From Bacteroidia bacterium (GTDB taxonomy: Bacteria; Bacteroidota; Bacteroidia; Bacteroidales; VadinHA17): DNA of 13,728 bases. The position numbers and the translations under genes are program-made. The DNA lies in the NCBI GenBank assembly GCA_026391215.1, contig JAPLDX010000028.1, positions 1 through 13,728 of the forward strand, given 5' to 3'. Shown piece after piece: positions 8,597-13,728 of this stretch. The first letter of the stretch is position 1, and each line of letters opens with the position of its first letter. Under the pieces are notes generated by a model that saw only the letters and a list, made by a program, of their open reading frames with translations, was not told the DNA's origin and made no database searches.

Positions 8597-9712
8597 AAGT
8601 ATTTTATAATCTAATATTATAACCATCAGTAAGAAAGGCATTATAATATTAAAATAACTAATGTCAAAAGATGAGTTGAAAATACTTGAAAAAATACCAT
8701 TTTCGTTAACATTAATTAAGAAAGAAATTAAAATTGGCAATAATAATAAAAGTACATTTAATTTCATTAATGATGTTAAATCATTAACCTTGAATGAGTA
8801 CATAATTGACATTAAAATAGTTATGAAGCTTATTAAAGCGGGTAAATATCTATTTTGAAGTTCAAAAGGGTTATATCGCATAAAATGCTCCAAATTTCCA
8901 ACCCTCTGAAAACATATATAGAAGAAAACAATTGATGTTAATAATGCAATTACTAAAAATTTGGTTTTCTCTTTCAAAGAAAGATTATAGAATTGTTTAA
9001 ACAATAATAAGGCAATAGGAATGATTGCTGTTAATCTTGTTAAGATTAAAGCTGTTGCTCCAAAAGACGTTATTATAGTGTTCAACTCTTTGTTTTTATT
9101 TATTCTATTTTGAATAATTATTAAAAAAAGTAGTACTAAAATAAAATTTGAAATCAAATCACTTTTTACATAAATTTCCCAAATATAGGAAGGGGATAAA
9201 ACTAATAGAAGTAAGCCAAACAGCCTGTCTCTATATTCTTTAAAACTTATAAGAATTATTAAGAAAAACGCGAGGAAGCTAAAAGATTGCAAGTACCCTG
9301 CACTACCCATTAAATAAAATGGAATACCAATAAAAAACAGAGTTGGCAAATTAGAGGTTCTGCCTCCCAGGTGGTCAATAGCAGAATATGGATATTCGCC
9401 TTTTAACAAGGCATTTATACCAGCTTCCATTGCAGACCATCTATCAACATTTAAAGTTTGCCCGTCAACAGAAACATTTAGGTAAATTGTGAACGCAAAA
9501 AATATAAATGAAATAACCCAAAAAACATATTTGTAATAATATTCCCTTATACTAATCTTAAGGTATAAGAATATAATAAGGAACATCAATATAAAATATA
9601 TCAATGTAAAGACGTACTCATTGTTATTATTTAACCTTGAAGTATATTTTAGTACAAATAGACCATTTATAAATAAATAAAGTATATAATTTAATATCAG
9701 TTTTAGTTTCAT
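8555..9712 (-). CDS. AT-rich polytopic membrane protein, possibly a GT-C-fold glycosyltransferase-like protein
   Basis: 385 aa with about 10 hydrophobic segments. The loop NVDRWSAMEAGINALLKGEYPY..HLGGRTSNLP follows the early TMs, a layout reminiscent of GT-C enzymes. The function is inference only. Confidence 0.7.
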   Translation of the reverse strand: MKLKLILNYILYLFINGLFVLKYTSRLNNNNEYVFTLIYFILMFLIIFLYLKISIREYYYKYVFWVISFIFFAFTIYLNVSVDGQTLNVDRWSAMEAGINALLKGEYPYSAIDHLGGRTSNLPTLFFIGIPFYLMGSAGYLQSFSFLAFFLIILISFKEYRDRLFGLLLLVLSPSYIWEIYVKSDLISNFILVLLFLIIIQNRINKNKELNTIITSFGATALILTRLTAIIPIALLLFKQFYNLSLKEKTKFLVIALLTSIVFFYICFQRVGNLEHFMRYNPFELQNRYLPALISFITILMSIMYSFKVNDLTSLMKLNVLLLLLPILISFLINVNENGIFSSIFNSSFDISYFNIIMPFLLMVIILDYKILLPAINKRINEASA

Positions 9713-9777
9713 TGCCGACTTGTAAGGAATACTCTTTTTTCTTCAGATTTTTAAAAGCGACAAGCTCCTGACAACTT

Positions 9778-11181
9778 CTAATCCGTTATCAAACTCTGTA
9801 TCCTCTCAATCTGCAGCTGCTTATTCACCTCTCTCAGGCTTCTTGCAGTTTTGGTAAAATACTGGTGCCCTGAAATGAATTTAACCTGGATCTTGTTCCA
9901 GTCATTAAGTGATCCCATCTTATTCTGGGCTTTCAGCTCCTCAAATAGAGTATTTGAAACCGGGATGAAATCACTTCTTCCAAGATAGTCCAGGTCAGAA
10001 TCACATATTATATCCTCAAGAAGGTTGGTAGGTTTTGGCGGCAGCTTGGTCGACATGATTATGGCGCAGATCTTTTCTATCTGCTCAGGAGAATAGTTAT
10101 ACTTTGGAAGCATCTCCCTGGCAATTATTGTCCCTTCGTATTCATGACCGTCATAGGTTACGGTATGTCCTACATCATGAAATAACCCTGCTGTTTTAAG
10201 CACGAGGATCTCCTCGTCCGAGCATCCCTCTCCCCAGCCAATAAGCTCCACTTCGGTCACAACATCAACCGTGTGCTTTACATTATGATAAAAAAGGTAA
10301 TCAGGCAGCTCTCTTTCCAGTTTGTCAAGGATTATCTCCTGTATATCAGTAAACTGTATCAATCCGAATTTAATCCTGAATGCCTCATTGGGGGTAACTC
10401 CTTTACCATCAACTGAAAATTCAGGTTTGAGTCCTGTAACCGTGTACATCTGCAGATCGCCCTTATATTTTACAGGAAGCTTGCCAAAGTATTCACAATC
10501 AAAGAACTCTTTTACAAGCTCGTAGGTCATCACCGAAATAATGACCCCGCCTTTTTCCGATACTGCCTCAACACGGCTGGCAGTATTTACTGTATCACCT
10601 TTTATATCATAGTTGACTTTCTTTTTACCGGATATTGTTGCAGTTACCGGTCCTGTATGAATGCCGATCTTGAGATCCCATATCCTGTTGTCTGCTCCTC
10701 TTTTATTCTTCTCATAATTCTCAAGATAATTCTTCATCTCGAGTGCAGCCATTACAACATCAATCGGGTTGGTGATATTCTTTACAGGTATCCCGCCTGC
10801 ACACATGAATGTATCACCGATGGTCTTTATCTTTTCAATCTTGAACCTGACAACTATCGCATCAAACTCGTAAAGGATCTCATCCAGCTCATCCATGACG
10901 GCTGTTGAATCCATTCCTTCAACAAGCTTTGAAAAACCATGTATGTCTGAGAAGAGAACGGTCGCCATATTGAATTTCAGCGACTTCTCCTTCTTTTCCT
11001 CAGCCATTTCCTTCAGACCCTCGGGAGAGGCTTTTTCATATAAAGCTTTGACCTTTTCATTATCCCTTGCAAGCTTCTCATTCTGCTTTACAAGCTTTTT
11101 GATCTGATCCTCAAGCTCCTGGTTCTGCTTGGCAAGCTTTGCGATCCTTTTTACAAGCTCATCAATATTGGTTGCAACCAT
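9778..11181 (-). CDS. Soluble class III adenylate cyclase fused to an intact HD phosphohydrolase domain, with an N-terminal coiled coil
   Basis: Heptad-rich N-terminus (LAKQNQELEDQIKKLVKQNEKLARDNEKV). Cyclase motifs VLFSDIHGFS, EKIKTIGDTFM, IGIHTG and YDIKGDTVNTASRVE. HD motifs YHNVKHTVDV, LFHDVGH, GHE and ICDSDLDYLGR. No TM or signal peptide. Confidence 0.9.
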   Translation of the reverse strand: MVATNIDELVKRIAKLAKQNQELEDQIKKLVKQNEKLARDNEKVKALYEKASPEGLKEMAEEKKEKSLKFNMATVLFSDIHGFSKLVEGMDSTAVMDELDEILYEFDAIVVRFKIEKIKTIGDTFMCAGGIPVKNITNPIDVVMAALEMKNYLENYEKNKRGADNRIWDLKIGIHTGPVTATISGKKKVNYDIKGDTVNTASRVEAVSEKGGVIISVMTYELVKEFFDCEYFGKLPVKYKGDLQMYTVTGLKPEFSVDGKGVTPNEAFRIKFGLIQFTDIQEIILDKLERELPDYLFYHNVKHTVDVVTEVELIGWGEGCSDEEILVLKTAGLFHDVGHTVTYDGHEYEGTIIAREMLPKYNYSPEQIEKICAIIMSTKLPPKPTNLLEDIICDSDLDYLGRSDFIPVSNTLFEELKAQNKMGSLNDWNKIQVKFISGHQYFTKTARSLREVNKQLQIERIQSLITD

Positions 11182-11234
11182 GTCAAATATGTTGGAGAGT
11201 AAATATAATAATTCCAGTTACACTTATCAACAAA

Positions 11235-11267
11235 CAAAATTATCAAATTGTTGTATTTTTGAACAAA
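11235..11267. promoter_or_regulatory. Overlapping divergent Bacteroidota promoter motifs (cyclase-HD gene and recO)
   Basis: Minus strand: TTTG (11267-11264), N21, TAATTTTG (11242-11235). Plus strand: TATTTTTG (11254-11261), 17 bp before the recO ATG. The AT-rich context makes chance matches possible. Confidence 0.45.
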
Positions 11268-11278
11268 ACCGGGCATTG

Positions 11279-12004
11279 ATGATTGAAAAAACAAGGGGAA
11301 TAGTTCTTCACCAGCTGAAATATACCGATACGGGAATCGTTGCTCAACTTTATACTCTGAAATACGGAAGGCAGTCTTTCCTTATCAAGGGGATGAGAAA
11401 TAAAAAATCGGGGAAACATAGTGTTTTCTTTCAGCCCATGTCCATCCTCGACCTGGTAATGTACTATAAGGAGTCCCGGGAGATGCAGGTCCTGAAAGAA
11501 TTCTCTGTTTCATATTCACCTGCCGATATCTTTACAAATATCAAAAAAACCAGTGTGGCGCTTTTCCTTGGTGAGGTTCTGACATCCGTCCTGAGGGAAG
11601 AATCTCCTAATGAGGAGATGTTCGGATTTATAGAGGATTCAGTAATTTATTTTGACAGATGCAAAGAGAATTTTGCCAACTTCCATATTGCATTCCTGGC
11701 AGGGCTTAGCAGCTATCTGGGGTTTGAACCGGGTCCCCGGACAGCAAATGATGACAAATACTTCGATATGATTAACGGAGTTTTTGTACCGGTCCCTCCT
11801 CTCCATGGCAGCTATGCAAGCCGGGAGATTTCAGATATCCTGGCAGATTTTTTTTCAGCATCATATGAAACCAGCAAGAATATAGTACTATCCGGAGCGC
11901 TCAGAAATGAAGTTCTTGAAGTGCTGGTAAGCTATTATTCACTTCATCTTCCGGGGCTGAAAAAGGTCAGGTCGCTTGAAGTGCTTAAAGAGGTCTTTGG
12001 ATAG
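11279..12004 (+). CDS. recO: DNA repair protein RecO
   Basis: MIEKTRGIVLHQLKYTD..LYTLKYGRQSFLIKG..FQPMSILDLV OB-fold N-terminus, LGFEP, and C-terminal YYSLHLPGLKKVRSLEVLKEVF. True start is ATG 11279 (241 aa). Confidence 0.93.
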   Translation: MIEKTRGIVLHQLKYTDTGIVAQLYTLKYGRQSFLIKGMRNKKSGKHSVFFQPMSILDLVMYYKESREMQVLKEFSVSYSPADIFTNIKKTSVALFLGEVLTSVLREESPNEEMFGFIEDSVIYFDRCKENFANFHIAFLAGLSSYLGFEPGPRTANDDKYFDMINGVFVPVPPLHGSYASREISDILADFFSASYETSKNIVLSGALRNEVLEVLVSYYSLHLPGLKKVRSLEVLKEVFG

Positions 12005-12046
12005 TTCCCTGCGAAATTTTATATTTAAAGCCAAATTGATTCTTAA

Positions 12047-13570
12047 ATGCCTGCAATCACAAACATTATTAACCGCTTTTATTCCAGGCGTATAAACCAG
12101 ATTGAGCATTTTAAGAAATTTCCTGTTGAGATCCAGAATGAGACACTTGAATGGTTAATTAAGAAAGCATCCTTAACTGAATGGGGCAAAAAATACGGTT
12201 ATTCATCAATCTCTTCTTATAAGGAATACCAGATCCGAGTGCCTGTCCAGACCTATGAAGAGCTTATTCCTTTTGTTGACAGGCTGGGAAATGGAGAATC
12301 AGATCTTTTATGGCCGGGCCGGATAAAAAGGTTTGCAAAATCATCAGGGACGACTTCATCAAAAAGCAAGTTTATTCCGATAAGCAATGATGCACTTCAA
12401 AATTGTCATTACAGGGCAGCAAAAGATGTTCTTGCCATTTATGTCTTCAATAATCCCTCTACCCGGATATTCTCTGGCAAGGCGCTTACACTTGGCGGTA
12501 GCCACAGGATCGACCAGTTCAGCAGTAAAGCTCTGTCCGGAGATCTTTCAGCCTTACTTATTGAGAACGCTCCTTCCTGGGTTGAGCTGGTAAGGATACC
12601 AAAACCTGAAATCGCCCTTATTGAGGATTTTGAAAAAAAATTAGACCTTATTACCAAAGCTACTGTTAAGAAAAATGTAACAAACTTCTCGGGTGTTCCG
12701 TCATGGTATCTTACGCTGATAAAATATATTCTTGCATATACCGGGAAATCAAATCTTCTGGAGATCTGGCCAAATCTCGAGGTTTTCTTTCACGGAGGAA
12801 TATGCTTTACACCATATCGTGAGCTGTATAAAAAGCTGATCCCTGGTGATCAGATGCATTACATGGAAACATATAATGCATCTGAAGGTTTTTTTGGCAT
12901 CCAGGATGATCCATCAGATCCCGATATGCTGCTGATGCTCGATTATGGAATTTTCTACGAGTTTATTCCCGCAAATAAAACAGGTACTGATTTTCCTCTA
13001 TCATATACAATTGGTGAAGTAGAGAAAGGAGTAAACTATGCTATTGTTATATCAACAAACGGCGGCCTCTGGCGATATTTGATAGGTGATACGATTGTAT
13101 TCACCAGCCTGGATCCGTACAGGTTCCATATTTCAGGCAGAACAAAACATTTCATAAATGCCTTCGGGGAGGAGGTGATTATGGATAATGCGGAGAAAGC
13201 GCTTGAAGCTGCGTGCCTGGCAACCAATGCTATAATATCGGAATATACTGCCGGGCCTGTTTTTATGGATGCCTCTTCAAGGGGTTCACATGAATGGATA
13301 ATTGAATTTGAAAAAAGTCCTGATGACCTTAACCATTTTACCGACATCCTTGACAGAACACTTCAGTCTGTTAACTCCGATTATGAAGCTAAGCGTTTTA
13401 AAGATATTAATCTCGTGAAGCCGGTAATTAGGACCGTTCCAAAGGGGACATTCCATAACTGGCTGAAATCAATAAATAAACTGGGAGGTCAAAACAAAGT
13501 GCCAAGGCTTTCCAACAACAGGGAATATATTGAGGATATTTATAAAATAGCAGGAATAAGAAGTGCATAA
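12047..13570 (+). CDS. GH3-family (acyl-acid amido synthetase-like) protein
   Basis: Contains FAKSSGTTSSKSKFIP (adenylating P-loop-like), YNASEGFFG, GLWRYLIGD, GRTKHFINAFGEE and GGQNKVPRL. Confidence 0.92.
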   Translation: MPAITNIINRFYSRRINQIEHFKKFPVEIQNETLEWLIKKASLTEWGKKYGYSSISSYKEYQIRVPVQTYEELIPFVDRLGNGESDLLWPGRIKRFAKSSGTTSSKSKFIPISNDALQNCHYRAAKDVLAIYVFNNPSTRIFSGKALTLGGSHRIDQFSSKALSGDLSALLIENAPSWVELVRIPKPEIALIEDFEKKLDLITKATVKKNVTNFSGVPSWYLTLIKYILAYTGKSNLLEIWPNLEVFFHGGICFTPYRELYKKLIPGDQMHYMETYNASEGFFGIQDDPSDPDMLLMLDYGIFYEFIPANKTGTDFPLSYTIGEVEKGVNYAIVISTNGGLWRYLIGDTIVFTSLDPYRFHISGRTKHFINAFGEEVIMDNAEKALEAACLATNAIISEYTAGPVFMDASSRGSHEWIIEFEKSPDDLNHFTDILDRTLQSVNSDYEAKRFKDINLVKPVIRTVPKGTFHNWLKSINKLGGQNKVPRLSNNREYIEDIYKIAGIRSA

Positions 13571-13624
13571 TGTAAATTCATGTCTCAAATTTTAATATTT
13601 TTATAGGTTGAAATACTTTTAATC

Positions 13625-13728
13625 ATGCATATCGCCATAGCAGGAAATATTGGATCGGGAAAGACCACGCTGGCAGGGCTTCTTGCCAAACATTACGGTT
13701 GGACACCTCATTATGAGGACGTTGACGA
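13625..13728 (+). CDS. Deoxynucleoside kinase, 5' end only (runs off the window)
   Basis: Reads MHIAIAGNIGSGKTTLAGLLAKHYGWTPHYEDVD, with an N-terminal GNIGxGKTT P-loop typical of the dNK family. Confidence 0.85.
   Translation, partial: MHIAIAGNIGSGKTTLAGLLAKHYGWTPHYEDVD

Noticed and set aside
4442-10599. 20-bp exact direct repeat gcagtatttactgtatcacc at 4442-4461 and 10580-10599
   Set aside because: It encodes the conserved GDTVNTA motif in both paralogues, so it reflects coding homology rather than an att site or target duplication.
3652-11181. Pycsar- or CBASS-type anti-phage cyclase system
   Set aside because: Both cyclases carry the canonical ATP-specifying Lys/Asp pair. There is no adjacent TIR, nuclease or recognisable small TM effector, and the context is housekeeping rather than a defence island.
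11129-11278. 50-aa N-terminal extension of RecO in the ORF track
   Set aside because: It overlaps the cyclase B start and promoter region, and RecO homology begins at MIEKTRGIVL (11279).
764-12640. Simple repeats as phase-variation tracts: (TAT)4 at 764-775, A7 at 5474-5480, G7 at 7417-7423, A8 at 12633-12640
   Set aside because: All are short and consistent with the reading frame. The trinucleotide run cannot explain the uppP/truB frame switch.
541-13347. Short antisense or alternate-frame ORFs (e.g. 541..747, 5756..6106, 7397..7765, 13036..13347)
   Set aside because: They lie within or across well-supported genes and show no recognisable motifs, so they are treated as shadow ORFs.
1-13728. 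CRISPR arrays, tRNA/rRNA genes, IS elements
   Set aside because: Intergenic gaps are about 100 bp or less and show no periodic repeats, cloverleaf structures or transposase ORFs.

Overview
Bacteroidota (Bacteroidales-like) chromosomal window, judged from gene content (porZ, DUF3098, GH3-family gene) and TAnnTTTG promoter motifs. The backbone is housekeeping. Minus strand: ilvE-ftsX-DUF3098-uppP-truB-queA(partial). Plus strand: rdgB-porZ and recO-GH3-deoxynucleoside kinase(partial). Two paralogous class III adenylate cyclase-HD-domain fusion genes are inserted in it. One (3652..5484) is membrane-anchored, with a lone Y_Y_Y domain, a canonical cyclase and a degenerate HD domain. The other (9778..11181) is soluble, with a coiled coil, a slightly altered cyclase and an intact HD domain resembling class I phosphodiesterases. 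Their complementarity suggests a two-subunit cAMP make/break module, which is the best candidate here for an undescribed system. Also notable are an apparent deletion joining the truncated 3' end of uppP to the truncated 5' end of truB at about 734-740, and a very AT-rich membrane-protein gene (8555..9712) with cassette-like palindromic boundaries. All calls come from reading motifs by eye; no searches were run.
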